Origin: Candidatus Woesearchaeota archaeon
GTDB lineage: Archaea > Nanobdellota > Nanobdellia > Woesearchaeales > DSVV01
Direction: 5' to 3'
DNA: 64,000 nt
Assembly: GCA_038884615.1 (NCBI GenBank)
Contig: JAWABL010000001.1
Location: 57,837-121,836 of the forward strand
Part shown: positions 20,595-30,409 of the stretch, piece by piece
How positions within the stretch are numbered: the stretch's first letter is position 1
Layout of the letters: each line of letters opens with the position of its first letter
Notes under the pieces: model-generated
Database searches by the model: none
Told to the model about the DNA's origin: nothing
Seen by the model: the letters and a program-made list of their open reading frames with translations, nothing else
Made by a program: the position numbers and the translations under genes

Positions 20595-21546
20595 GATAGA
20601 ATCGGCGATTGCAGTGCTGCTGTTTTTGTTAGTTGCAACTAGCTTTGTATCAGGCTCATCTGTATGCGTGCTTACTGGTTTTGTTACTGACATAAGCGGC
20701 GCAGCTGCCGAGGAAGGCACTTCTGTTGAGATAATAAACCTTGATTTAGGAACAGTTTCAAAGACACCAACAGGAACAAATTGGCCGTATGAAAATATGT
20801 TTGTGAAGGCGATAACATGCAACTTTAATGATACGATTGTTGTTCGGACAAAGTATAACAACACACTGGCTGCTGAAAAAAGAATAGTCTACGACCACCT
20901 ACCTTACGAGGTTAACATTACTTTTCCTGTTGAGGTTTTCAAGCCAAAAGAAAGCCAAACGCTAAATGATACTTCACAGAAAAGCAAAAAAACAACAGAA
21001 AGGGAGATAAGCAAAGATGGTGGTGGAGGCAGCGGAGGAAGTAACGGACCAATAAACACAAAAGAGGACGAATGCATGTTTGGGTGCCTTTCAGATTATG
21101 TATTTCCACGAATGCTTAACGAAAGCGTCACAAATATTGTTCCGATTGACTCACAAGTAAGGCTTTATTTGCTTGGCGAGGATGCAAGAGTCTGGATGGT
21201 CATTGCAGATATAAGAAAACACTCGCAAGACTCAATAGAGATAAATTTTAGCACGCTTGATGGCAAGCTAATGCTCAAAAAAGGCGTTCCTTCAAAGCTT
21301 GACCTTGACAATGATAGCAATGATGATATAGTAATCAGGCTTGAAGACCTAGATGAGAATGACGCCTATTTGCGGTTTGACAGAATAATAGGCGGTATGA
21401 ACAGCACACCGGAAATCTCTAAACCAAAAGTGATTAACCCTCTTGAAGAAGAAAAAAAAGGTAATCTCTTGCTAATAGGAATACTTGCTGTGCTAGTGAT
21501 TGTGTTTTTAGTACAGATATATTTTGAGAAGAGGAATGATAAGTGA
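20581..21546 (+). CDS. secreted/C-terminally anchored surface protein, hypothetical
   Basis: 321 aa; signal peptide, mature N-terminus SSVCVLTGFV similar to that of the next protein (DTCVVQGWIF), Gly-rich linker GGGGSGGSNG, C-terminal transmembrane helix + basic tail. Confidence 0.45.
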   Translation: MTEVKIESAIAVLLFLLVATSFVSGSSVCVLTGFVTDISGAAAEEGTSVEIINLDLGTVSKTPTGTNWPYENMFVKAITCNFNDTIVVRTKYNNTLAAEKRIVYDHLPYEVNITFPVEVFKPKESQTLNDTSQKSKKTTEREISKDGGGGSGGSNGPINTKEDECMFGCLSDYVFPRMLNESVTNIVPIDSQVRLYLLGEDARVWMVIADIRKHSQDSIEINFSTLDGKLMLKKGVPSKLDLDNDSNDDIVIRLEDLDENDAYLRFDRIIGGMNSTPEISKPKVINPLEEEKKGNLLLIGILAVLVIVFLVQIYFEKRNDK

Positions 21547-24443
21547 TGGAAAAGGCGAACTGTTTTTTGGTGGTTGTGCTTGCCTTTTTTGCGCTAGTTA
21601 GTCTTCCAACACTTGCAGATACCTGTGTTGTTCAAGGTTGGATATTTTTGCACAACGGCTCTGCCGCACCGTTTGGAACAAACGTGACCATAACCAACCA
21701 AGGAACCAGCGAGCAAAGAACCGTGCAGACAGGCGGATGGGGCGAACAGCACTATTATTTAAGATCATTTACATGCACTCAGGGAAGCGATTATTTTACA
21801 GTGTTTTCATCCTACCTTGTTTGGAATGGCTCAAACGGCGGGCTTGCAACAGGCCTAAATCTCTATCTTAACATAACCTACAACAACATCCCTCCGATAC
21901 AAAACGCAACACTCGCCCAGCAAACGATGAACGAAGACAACACAACAGGCATAAACAACGCAATAAATCTTGACGCTTACTTTTTTGACTATGACATGCA
22001 GTCGCTAAGCTACTCTATTTATTCACAAAGCAACAACCAGCTGGTTAATGCGACGATAGATGGAAACTATGTAGACATCTCCCCTCCTGCTGCAAATCAA
22101 TCCGGCTACTCTACGGTTTGTATTAGAGCATACGATTCTGAAAACTATTCACAGCCAGGATGCTTTAACATAACAGTAACTTCTGTGCCGGATGTCCCGT
22201 CTTTTAGCTCCGCGAGCGATAACTTTTCAGGCGTATACTTATCAAACCAGACGACATTAAGGATAACAACGACGGCATTTGATGGAGATGACGAACAGGT
22301 TATACTATATGTTTGCAATACCTCATCAGTAACCCCTGCCGGCTGTACTAATGGCCAATACTGCACAAGCCAGAGCGCAACAAATCCTTCATGTACTTTC
22401 GCGACGGAAAGCGATGAGAACACGCATAGATGGTACGCTTTTATATATGACACAGCTGGCGTTATAGCTGCTAATAATTTTTCAGATACGTATACAACAG
22501 ACTCGTTCGCCCCTCTTGCTGGAAGCGTTCTTATAAACAACGGCAACGCATACTCAAACAGCTCAACAATCACTGTAAACTGGTCCGGCTATAGCGACTC
22601 TATGTCTGGAATAAGATATTATTATTACAACACAACGAACAACCAATATACAAGGAATGGTGTTCAGACAAGCAACACCACTTATTCTGCATCTGTAGCT
22701 GTTGGCGAGGGAAACATATTAATTTATGTGTGGGCGGAGGATTTTGTCGGACACATCGGCGCTTCTGCAAGCGACAACATCATAGTGGACTCGCTCGCGC
22801 CCACAATAACATCTAGAAGCCAGAGTCCTGCAGACATAACAGAGGCAAGCAGCACGACAGTCTATGTAAACTATACAATCACAGACACAACACTTCAGGG
22901 AAATCCGATTTATAGATACAAGGTAGGAAGCGAAAACTACACAACCTGGCAGAACATGACCTCGCTAGGGGGAAACATATACAGATTCTCAATAACCGCT
23001 ACATGGGCATCGTATGTAAACCAAAATCTGACATACGAGGTTAGCGCAATTGACTATTTCAATAGGACCACAAATACATCTTATACAGAAGTAATAAACA
23101 TAAGTAATTATGCACCAATGTTTGTAAACCTCACTAACCTTTCAGGTTCTCAGGGCTCAAACATCTCATTTACTATTTTCGGTTCAGACTCAAATTCAAA
23201 CGACAACCTCACTTTCACGGCAAGTTGCTGTTTCACAATAACATCCCTAGACTCGCGTTCCGCCAGGGCATGGTGGGTGCCGCCCAATGAATATGTAGGG
23301 CAAAATACAATAACCCTCACAGTAAGTGATGGTATTGCCAACATCTCACAGGCGATAATCGTCACAGTGAACCCGGTAAATGACGCGCCGGTGTTATCAC
23401 CAATTGGAAATCTTTATGGCTATGTCGGCCAGCCGTTCTTTTATTATATATATGCAACCGACCCAGACAACGAAAATAGTTATCTGCTTGACGATAACAA
23501 TCTTCTCTTCGGAGCGAACGGAAACACAACATGGATAAGCGTAAGTACACTGTATAATTCAACGAACAGGTCATATTATGGTGTTTTAAACTTCACTCCT
23601 CTATCTTCTCAGATAGGTTATTTTTTCCTTAGGTTTTATGTCACAGATGGAGACCTTGTTGACGAAGAAAACTCCACACTTTATATAGGGTACTGTGGAG
23701 ATGTTGACGCCGCAAACCAGCCAAGGTGCGACTCTGATTATGAATCATGCTCAACATGCCCTGAAGACTGTGGTTCGTGTGGAACAACTTCGAGCGGCTT
23801 GCGCATGGTGATAATGGTCAAACCTAGGAACTGCCTCAATGAAAATTTTACTATGCGAACATACGAACTTTGGACAAGAGCAACTTGCGATGTGATGGGA
23901 ACCATTGTTGAGGGCTATGAAGTGTGTGGGAATCTAAGTGGCGTTTCAATTAAGGTTTACAGACTTGAGGCTGGTGAGTGGGAAGAGATTGAAGAGTATG
24001 AGACTGACGAGAATGGCGAAGCAACATTTATTCCGACGCTTGAGGGTGAGTATAAACTAATTGGAACAAAACGAAATTATCCGACAACGACTAGATACCT
24101 TGAGATATGGTCGTGCCTTAGCGACGAGGAAAAAAAGGCGCAGAATGCAACAGAAGAGTCGGTGCCGCAAAAGTTGCCTCAAAAAGAGCAGCCGAAACGC
24201 GAGGCTGAAGAAGAGCCCGTGGTATTGGAAGAAGAAAACAAGTACGGTGCGATTATGGCTTATGTCGTGGCTCCAGCAATTCTTATAATAGCTGTTGTGC
24301 TTGGCTACTACTATTATGATAGGGAAAAAGACAACAAAGTATGGATACTGAAGTGCAGGGTTTTTGCCCTACAAACCAGAAAAAAATTACAATCGTCGAT
24401 AAAAAGATACTGGAAAAAAATAAAGGATTATTTGGGTTATTAA
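21543..24443 (+). CDS. large cell-surface adhesin-like protein with cadherin-like repeat(s)
   Basis: 966 aa; signal peptide; dozens of N-glycosylation sequons; VNPVNDAPVLSP motif typical of bacterial/archaeal cadherin-like domains; acidic linker and C-terminal transmembrane anchor (YVVAPAILIIAVVLGYYYY). Confidence 0.5.
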   Translation: MMEKANCFLVVVLAFFALVSLPTLADTCVVQGWIFLHNGSAAPFGTNVTITNQGTSEQRTVQTGGWGEQHYYLRSFTCTQGSDYFTVFSSYLVWNGSNGGLATGLNLYLNITYNNIPPIQNATLAQQTMNEDNTTGINNAINLDAYFFDYDMQSLSYSIYSQSNNQLVNATIDGNYVDISPPAANQSGYSTVCIRAYDSENYSQPGCFNITVTSVPDVPSFSSASDNFSGVYLSNQTTLRITTTAFDGDDEQVILYVCNTSSVTPAGCTNGQYCTSQSATNPSCTFATESDENTHRWYAFIYDTAGVIAANNFSDTYTTDSFAPLAGSVLINNGNAYSNSSTITVNWSGYSDSMSGIRYYYYNTTNNQYTRNGVQTSNTTYSASVAVGEGNILIYVWAEDFVGHIGASASDNIIVDSLAPTITSRSQSPADITEASSTTVYVNYTITDTTLQGNPIYRYKVGSENYTTWQNMTSLGGNIYRFSITATWASYVNQNLTYEVSAIDYFNRTTNTSYTEVINISNYAPMFVNLTNLSGSQGSNISFTIFGSDSNSNDNLTFTASCCFTITSLDSRSARAWWVPPNEYVGQNTITLTVSDGIANISQAIIVTVNPVNDAPVLSPIGNLYGYVGQPFFYYIYATDPDNENSYLLDDNNLLFGANGNTTWISVSTLYNSTNRSYYGVLNFTPLSSQIGYFFLRFYVTDGDLVDEENSTLYIGYCGDVDAANQPRCDSDYESCSTCPEDCGSCGTTSSGLRMVIMVKPRNCLNENFTMRTYELWTRATCDVMGTIVEGYEVCGNLSGVSIKVYRLEAGEWEEIEEYETDENGEATFIPTLEGEYKLIGTKRNYPTTTRYLEIWSCLSDEEKKAQNATEESVPQKLPQKEQPKREAEEEPVVLEEENKYGAIMAYVVAPAILIIAVVLGYYYYDREKDNKVWILKCRVFALQTRKKLQSSIKRYWKKIKDYLGY

Positions 24444-24444
24444 G

Positions 24445-25170
24445 ATGAAGATGCTTGTTGGATGGGATGGAAGAAAATTTTTTTTTAGTGGCAAAGACAT
24501 CCACACAAAGAATGGTTTTATCAGGAAGGAAGAAATTGAGGCGGCGCGAGAAGGAAGCATTTTAAAGACTAACATTGGTCATGAGATGTTTGTTGTTGAA
24601 GCATCGTTTGTTGATGTATTCAAAAGGATAAAAAGGTCGCCACAGATAATTCCGCTGAAAGATATAGGGCTCATAGTTGCAGAGACGGGCATAGGCAAAA
24701 AAAGCGTTGTTCTTGATGCAGGTAGCGGAAGCGGAGCGACTGCGTGTTTTATAGCAAACATAGCAAAAAAAGTTTATACTTACGAAATAAGAGACGATTT
24801 TTATAAAATAGTCAAGGAAAACATCGCGCGATTAGAATTAAAAAATGTTGTTGCAAAAAAAGGGGATGTTTACAAAAAGATAAACGAAAAAAATATTGAT
24901 GTTATAATTCTTGATCTTCCATCTCCTTGGGAGGCAATTGAAACCTGCAAAAAATCACTTAAGATAGGTGGGTTTCTTGTTAGCTATTCTCCTACGGTTC
25001 CACAAGTGGCGGATTTTGTTTCGGCGATCAAAAGTAATAGCTCATTCATATTTCTAAGAACTATTGAGGTTATTGAAAGGGACTGGGAGTATGAAGGAAG
25101 AAAAATAAGACCGAAATCTCAGCAAATAGGACATAGCGGTTTTTTAACATTCTGCAGAAAGATACATTGA
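24445..25170 (+). CDS. trmI: tRNA (adenine57/58-N1)-methyltransferase TrmI
   Basis: 241 aa; SAM-binding LDAGSGSG and DLPSPW catalytic motif of the TrmI/Gcd14 family. Confidence 0.7.
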   Translation: MKMLVGWDGRKFFFSGKDIHTKNGFIRKEEIEAAREGSILKTNIGHEMFVVEASFVDVFKRIKRSPQIIPLKDIGLIVAETGIGKKSVVLDAGSGSGATACFIANIAKKVYTYEIRDDFYKIVKENIARLELKNVVAKKGDVYKKINEKNIDVIILDLPSPWEAIETCKKSLKIGGFLVSYSPTVPQVADFVSAIKSNSSFIFLRTIEVIERDWEYEGRKIRPKSQQIGHSGFLTFCRKIH

Positions 25171-25210
25171 AAAAATTTCGTGTTCTGCTTCATAAAGTTT
25201 ATTAAGCAAA

Positions 25211-25555
25211 TTGTCTTACCATACGAATATGCCATTTACAAAGTCATTCCCTAAAACTTCTGACAAAAGCTTCTATCCTAGATGGGAGGAGGTAACCCTT
25301 AGCGAACATGAAGAAAAACTAGTGGAGGAACAATCACGGCGTGAAAACCTTGAGCTTATGGAAGAGTGTCTTGAAGATGCAAAACATATACTGCATCATG
25401 CTAAACTTAAAGAGCAACAGTCGGATCTCGTTGGGATAGCTATCGCCCTATTTGAAAAGCGTGCGTCGCACACGATCTTCAAAAAAGAAGAGAAAGCAAA
25501 GGAAAAATTCAATTCTGCCAAAAATGAGCAGGCTAAAGAAACTAGTAAATCTTAA
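25211..25555 (+). CDS. hypothetical acidic coiled-coil protein
   Basis: 114 aa ORF, no recognisable domain. Confidence 0.3.
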   Translation: MSYHTNMPFTKSFPKTSDKSFYPRWEEVTLSEHEEKLVEEQSRRENLELMEECLEDAKHILHHAKLKEQQSDLVGIAIALFEKRASHTIFKKEEKAKEKFNSAKNEQAKETSKS

Positions 25556-26330
25556 GAAGTTTTCTTAGCCCCATGCTAAAAATAATAGATAATATGATGT
25601 ATGTTGCAAGCCAACCTGGCTGCCATCCAAATATAATAAGTCCGCCGAACGGATGTAGCTTTTCATTACCAATTGTTATGCTTTTTAGTTTTGAATCTTT
25701 ACTAAGCCCAAGCTCAATATTTGTAAGTGTCGGCTTTTCATAAAGCTTATCCTTATTATTACTGTTCACGCGAAGCGGCTGAGAAAGCTCTCTTCCTTCA
25801 AAGTTGTACTTAAGCTCATATGTCCCTGCCTGTGCCTTTGCGAGCCATTCTATCTTTCCATCTGTTGAGTTTTGCTTTGCAGGACTTTGTAGCAAGACAC
25901 CTTCCGATGCAATAAGTTCAATCTCACCGTTTTTGTCCTTTGCAAACTCAGCAGTTATTGTAAACTGCTTTTCGGCAGTTATTGGTTGATATGTAAAATG
26001 CGCATTCAGCCAACTGAAGATAAGCACAATTGGAATAAGAGTTATAAGAGTTGGCTTTATTGTGTGGCTCATATATTTTAAGTTTGCTTCCATCGCTTTT
26101 TTTTGTATCTTAAGAAGTTTTTCTGGATTATCTCTATTTTTTTTCATCTCTGTTTGATAACCCTTTATCTCTTCCTTAAGACTTTTTAGCATGGACTGAT
26201 CTGTAAACTTCATATAAACTAGCGTGATAATCAATGTTATTACAAAAGAGATGATAAGAATAGCGACAAAACTCGGCAGACTTAACAGGGGCATAAAAAG
26301 AGGATCAAATATAAAATCAAGAAAAGCCAT
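25542..26330 (-). CDS. DUF106/Oxa1-superfamily (archaeal YidC-like) membrane protein with extra C-terminal domain
   Basis: 262 aa; TM1 - Lys/Glu coiled-coil - TM2 architecture like MJ0480-type DUF106, at the conserved position downstream of secY; additional ~120-aa beta-rich domain and final transmembrane helix. Confidence 0.5.
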   Translation of the reverse strand: MAFLDFIFDPLFMPLLSLPSFVAILIISFVITLIITLVYMKFTDQSMLKSLKEEIKGYQTEMKKNRDNPEKLLKIQKKAMEANLKYMSHTIKPTLITLIPIVLIFSWLNAHFTYQPITAEKQFTITAEFAKDKNGEIELIASEGVLLQSPAKQNSTDGKIEWLAKAQAGTYELKYNFEGRELSQPLRVNSNNKDKLYEKPTLTNIELGLSKDSKLKSITIGNEKLHPFGGLIIFGWQPGWLATYIILSIIFSMGLRKLLKIY

Positions 26331-27745
26331 TACTCCATCATCCTCCTAAGCCCTGGATACATGTCCATCATGTGCTTTTGTGCAATTTCTTCATAAAGCC
26401 GGTATACAATCATAACTGAAAGAAGAATCCCTGTGCCATGGCTAAGCGCACCCGAAAGGTCTGCAACAGCTGCAAGAAATCCTATAACTATTGCACCCAT
26501 AATTGTCAAGGGTCCTATGTACCTGTCAAGCACGCGCTCAAGTATTCTTTCATCTTTTCTGAAGCCAGGAATTTGAAGGCCGCTGCTCATAATATTCCTA
26601 GCCTGTGTTTTTGCATCCATCCCTGCTGTTTGTACCCAAAAGTATGAAAATAAAACCGCCCCACCGATCATAAGAAGGACATACACTATAGCATGAAAAT
26701 AAGGCTTAAAACCAATAGCAAACCCCCCCTGCTGAATAATCATTTCAACAAGCCGTGGTGGAGTTATATAGCTTACAAGTCCGGATGCCGCACCGCTTGA
26801 GTCGTATGTTCCAAGTAGCGGATGCCCCCAATTCTGCAAAAGTCTTGCCCAGAGCTGCATGTTCGCGAAAAGTGCCGCGACAAGAATAACTGGTATGTTG
26901 CTTGTATAGATAAATTGAAGGGGCCATCTTACGCCATAACCCCTAATCCTGCCAAATGAAAGTGGTATCTCAACTTTCATAGACTGCGCATACACTGCAA
27001 TCACAAAAACTAGTATGGTGGAAACAATGGCTGCAAAAGCAAGCCCTGCGGTTGTAGGGTCGCCTGCTGCAAGCGATTGAAAAAGCTGAATAACTTTACC
27101 TGTTGAGTATGAAATTCCGCCGGCCTCACCACCAGGACCCTTAAGCCATGAAAATGCGCGAATGAATATCTCTTGGGAAACGCCCGCGACTATAAAAAGG
27201 CTAATGCCCGAGCCAAAACCCCATTTGCTTACAACCTCGTCCATAAATAAAATAAGTATTCCCCCCAAAACAAGCTGTAAAACGATGATAAGCTCTAGCT
27301 GAAAGAACAAAGATGTCCCGCGAAGTGTAGCATCTGGAGCAAGCCCGCCCATAAAAACATAAATTGCCGCTTCAAAAATAATGAAAAAAAATGCTAGAAG
27401 TTTTTGTGTCCCTTGAAAATATTTTTTTCCTTCTTGTGTTGTAAGATCAAACTTCACAAGTCCGCTACCGTTCAATAGTTGTAGAACAATTGATGCTGTG
27501 ACTATCGGACCGATACCAAGCGAAATCAGAGAACCAAACTTCGCACCTAATATAAGGGACAAATATTCAAACTGTTGAAGCGCGTTTTGCCCTAACCCAA
27601 ACAGCGGAATAAGGCCTAAAACAAAAAATAGGACAAGGGTAATTGCAGTCCACTTAAGCTTATCCTTAAATGAGAGTCGCTTCTGTGTTGGTCCTGCAAC
27701 TTCAGGCAGATTAAGCAGGATATCCTTAAATACTGCCATACTCAC
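26330..27745 (-). CDS. secY: preprotein translocase subunit SecY
   Basis: 471 aa, 10-TM SecY architecture, directly downstream of rpl15. Confidence 0.9.
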   Translation of the reverse strand: MSMAVFKDILLNLPEVAGPTQKRLSFKDKLKWTAITLVLFFVLGLIPLFGLGQNALQQFEYLSLILGAKFGSLISLGIGPIVTASIVLQLLNGSGLVKFDLTTQEGKKYFQGTQKLLAFFFIIFEAAIYVFMGGLAPDATLRGTSLFFQLELIIVLQLVLGGILILFMDEVVSKWGFGSGISLFIVAGVSQEIFIRAFSWLKGPGGEAGGISYSTGKVIQLFQSLAAGDPTTAGLAFAAIVSTILVFVIAVYAQSMKVEIPLSFGRIRGYGVRWPLQFIYTSNIPVILVAALFANMQLWARLLQNWGHPLLGTYDSSGAASGLVSYITPPRLVEMIIQQGGFAIGFKPYFHAIVYVLLMIGGAVLFSYFWVQTAGMDAKTQARNIMSSGLQIPGFRKDERILERVLDRYIGPLTIMGAIVIGFLAAVADLSGALSHGTGILLSVMIVYRLYEEIAQKHMMDMYPGLRRMME

Positions 27746-28173
27746 CCCTCTTTTACTTCCCCACCTAATGACCTAATTTTTTTGACTGCGTTTTCTGTTG
27801 CAGATGCTACAATTATATTATATTTTCTAGTGGCATTTCCTTTACTCAATAGTTTGTCATATCCCATTTTTGAAAGATTTATATGTATAGTACCTTCTTT
27901 TTCAACTGCGTCTCCGCTCGCGATAAAACCATTTAGCTGTGTCTCTAATGTCTGTAGATTTATGCAGACAGATTCCTGCCGTTTTAGTTTAAAACCTTTT
28001 TTACCAAAATAATCTGTGTTCCAGTATCTCGGCTTTTTTTGGTCTGCTCTTTTTCCAGAACCTGAAAAACCTCTTCCACCCCTATGCCCTGCGCCGCGAT
28101 GCTTTTTCTTCGCGCCCCAGCCGTGACTATTACTGCCTCGCATCCTTGATTTTTTCTTTCTTTTGAACTTCAT
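27742..28173 (-). CDS. rpl15: 50S ribosomal protein L15 (uL15)
   Basis: 143 aa Gly/Arg-rich N-terminus (GHRGGRG). Confidence 0.85.
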   Translation of the reverse strand: MKFKRKKKSRMRGSNSHGWGAKKKHRGAGHRGGRGFSGSGKRADQKKPRYWNTDYFGKKGFKLKRQESVCINLQTLETQLNGFIASGDAVEKEGTIHINLSKMGYDKLLSKGNATRKYNIIVASATENAVKKIRSLGGEVKEG

Positions 28174-28568
28174 CTTAGCATCCTTTTTATGAGCTGATTT
28201 ATTTTATCTCCTCTGTCGCCAAGCGCGCCGCCTGACTTAAATGGTTTTTTAATTCCCTTTCTTCCAAACCCCCCTCTCGGTGGATTAAGCCTGAAAAACC
28301 CTTTTGGCTTTCCATCTTTAAGCTCTGTTTTCTTAGAAAGCAAACCGTATGTTTCTGAATCAATAATTCCATATGTGGCATAATCCTTGACGGCCTCGGC
28401 CATACCTATTATTGACGGTGTATTTGGCCATACGCTACAATAATTCTTCCTGTAAAGTTTTAGCAACTCAAATGTTTTTCTGACTTTAGGACTTAAGCCA
28501 ATGCCTCCTCTAACTCTGATTATTGCTAATTTTTTATCCGTGTCATGATTTTCTGTTTTGTTGCTCAT
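28170..28568 (-). CDS. rpl30: 50S ribosomal protein L30 (uL30)
   Basis: 132 aa; LAIIRVRG... ferredoxin-like uL30 motif. Confidence 0.8.
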   Translation of the reverse strand: MSNKTENHDTDKKLAIIRVRGGIGLSPKVRKTFELLKLYRKNYCSVWPNTPSIIGMAEAVKDYATYGIIDSETYGLLSKKTELKDGKPKGFFRLNPPRGGFGRKGIKKPFKSGGALGDRGDKINQLIKRMLR

Positions 28569-29401
28569 TTTATCACGCCTTCAACAATAGACAAGGTCTC
28601 CCAGTCTTTTGCTTGAAGTTTAGTTATGGATAATTTTCTAAGCGCATCAAAGGTTGCATGAACTAAATTTATTTTTGTGCCGGTCTGCCCTTGTGTTTTT
28701 GTCCATACATCCTTTATTCCTGCCAGTCTAAGAATTTTTGCGCATTCTTTTTCAGCACAAAGCCCTGTACCTTTTGGAGCAGGAATTAATTTTATATGTA
28801 CTGAACCACACCTGCCTTCTACTGTAAAAGGCACAGAATGGGGCGTTTTGCAATTACATAACCAGCTTCCACAACCACGCCTAATCATCATAACATTTAG
28901 CTTTGACCGCCTAAATGCCTTTTCTCTGGCCGGCACGGTTTCTTTTGCTTTATCATACCCATATCCAATAAAACCGTCTTTGTTTCCTATGATGGCCATT
29001 GTCGCAAATTTAGGTTTATTCCCTTCTTTTGTCTTTTTTTGTGTCTGCCTAAAAACACGACGCTTCCCCCCACCAAACTTACCTTTTGACTGACCAATAT
29101 TAAGAAGGTCTGTTTCATAATTATGCAATAGAACATCTATTATTTCGCTTTCAAGTATACGGTCGCCCGACTCAAAAATAGTATGAATGTCTGTTACTGT
29201 ACCATCCTTAACTCTGCGGCCAAGGCTTGTTTTTGGCTTCCAGAGCGAGACATCAATCTTATGAATTGGTTTTTCAACTGCCTCCTCTGCAGCAACAATT
29301 TCCTCCGCCTTTACAATCTCCTCTTCCTGTTCAGCTGGAACTTCTTCTTTAGTTTTTTGCTCAGCTTCTTTTTTCTCTTCTTGTTTCTTTTTCCTTGCCA
29401 T
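28565..29401 (-). CDS. rps5: 30S ribosomal protein S5 (uS5) with acidic/Lys-rich N-terminal extension
   Basis: 278 aa; dsRBD + S5 C-terminal domain (GTGLCAEKE...); overlaps rpl18 by 41 nt. Confidence 0.8.
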   Translation of the reverse strand: MARKKKQEEKKEAEQKTKEEVPAEQEEEIVKAEEIVAAEEAVEKPIHKIDVSLWKPKTSLGRRVKDGTVTDIHTIFESGDRILESEIIDVLLHNYETDLLNIGQSKGKFGGGKRRVFRQTQKKTKEGNKPKFATMAIIGNKDGFIGYGYDKAKETVPAREKAFRRSKLNVMMIRRGCGSWLCNCKTPHSVPFTVEGRCGSVHIKLIPAPKGTGLCAEKECAKILRLAGIKDVWTKTQGQTGTKINLVHATFDALRKLSITKLQAKDWETLSIVEGVIK

Positions 29402-29957
29402 TTTTCACCATACCAAGTATTTTTTCTTTTGCATCCTCAAATGCCGAAACTATAGTTGTTGTCTCAAGCCCCTCTTTCCTATATTTTGTAAACTGGTTTT
29501 TGCCTGGATTTTTATAATTAGCAATATGCACTCCCTTTATTCTCTCATCTTTTGGAAATGCTTCCTGCGAGTATGAAACATCAAGACCTGCATCAACTGC
29601 GCCTTTGAGAATCGCAAAAATTCGTCCTCCATGTACACAACTATGAAGCCCTATATCAAAAACTGCGTCTGTAACCCCTTTCTCTTTTGCGCGCATACCA
29701 ATAAGCATACCGGTTAGATATGCGGCTGGTATGTTTTTCTTGCTATAACGCCAACCGAATTTTTCAAGTTCTTTTGAATGTGCATGGGCAATTATCTTGT
29801 CTCCATCAGGGTGGTACTCGATAATTTGAGAAACAAGATATTTTTGAGATCTTCTTGAAACAAGCCTTTTCTTTCCAGACTCTAAAAGTTTGAGCCGTTT
29901 TAGATAGTTGGTTCTGCCATCGCGTTTTCTCCTGTACTTAACTGTATAAACATTCAT
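29361..29957 (-). CDS. rpl18: 50S ribosomal protein L18 (uL18)
   Basis: 198 aa, L18/L5e family N-terminus (KYRRKRDGRTNY). Confidence 0.8.
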   Translation of the reverse strand: MNVYTVKYRRKRDGRTNYLKRLKLLESGKKRLVSRRSQKYLVSQIIEYHPDGDKIIAHAHSKELEKFGWRYSKKNIPAAYLTGMLIGMRAKEKGVTDAVFDIGLHSCVHGGRIFAILKGAVDAGLDVSYSQEAFPKDERIKGVHIANYKNPGKNQFTKYRKEGLETTTIVSAFEDAKEKILGMVKNGKEKETRREKRS

Positions 29958-30406
29958 TTTTTCTTCACCAGTCCACGCTCAGTTAGATACAGATTGATGT
30001 GGCGCATGCTTCTAAAAAATCCGCTTTTTGCCTTGAGATAAAGCTCTCGTGCCACCCTTCTTTCAATATAATTTTTATCGCGTAATAATCTTATAAAGGT
30101 GCGCTGGCTCCTTACTTTATTCATCCAAGCCAGTTTCTTGCTCAGCCTTGCTTTGCGAGTGCCTTTTCTTTTGCCAAATCCCCGTCTCTGCCCTTTTGAC
30201 TTTTTAAACCTTCTTTCTTTTGCTCTTACCCTGGAGACACCTTTTTTTGGCAAACAAATAACTGCTCTGTCGCTTATCAATCCTTTGATATCTGCTTTGG
30301 TGATTGCTTCTTTTATATCTCCAAGCCGTTCAGGGTCAAAAACTATGCGTTTTGGTGAACATTTAAGCACCTGCGCGGCAAGCCTTTTCTGTACTTTCAA
30401 ATCCAT
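29954..30406 (-). CDS. rpl19e: 50S ribosomal protein L19e
   Basis: 150 aa, eL19 motif KRLAAQVLKCS... Confidence 0.8.
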   Translation of the reverse strand: MDLKVQKRLAAQVLKCSPKRIVFDPERLGDIKEAITKADIKGLISDRAVICLPKKGVSRVRAKERRFKKSKGQRRGFGKRKGTRKARLSKKLAWMNKVRSQRTFIRLLRDKNYIERRVARELYLKAKSGFFRSMRHINLYLTERGLVKKK

Positions 30407-30409
30407 TTT

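Noticed and set aside
21638-21871. 77-aa Arg-rich ORF inside the large surface-protein gene
   Set aside because: Alternative frame of a well-supported 966-aa CDS
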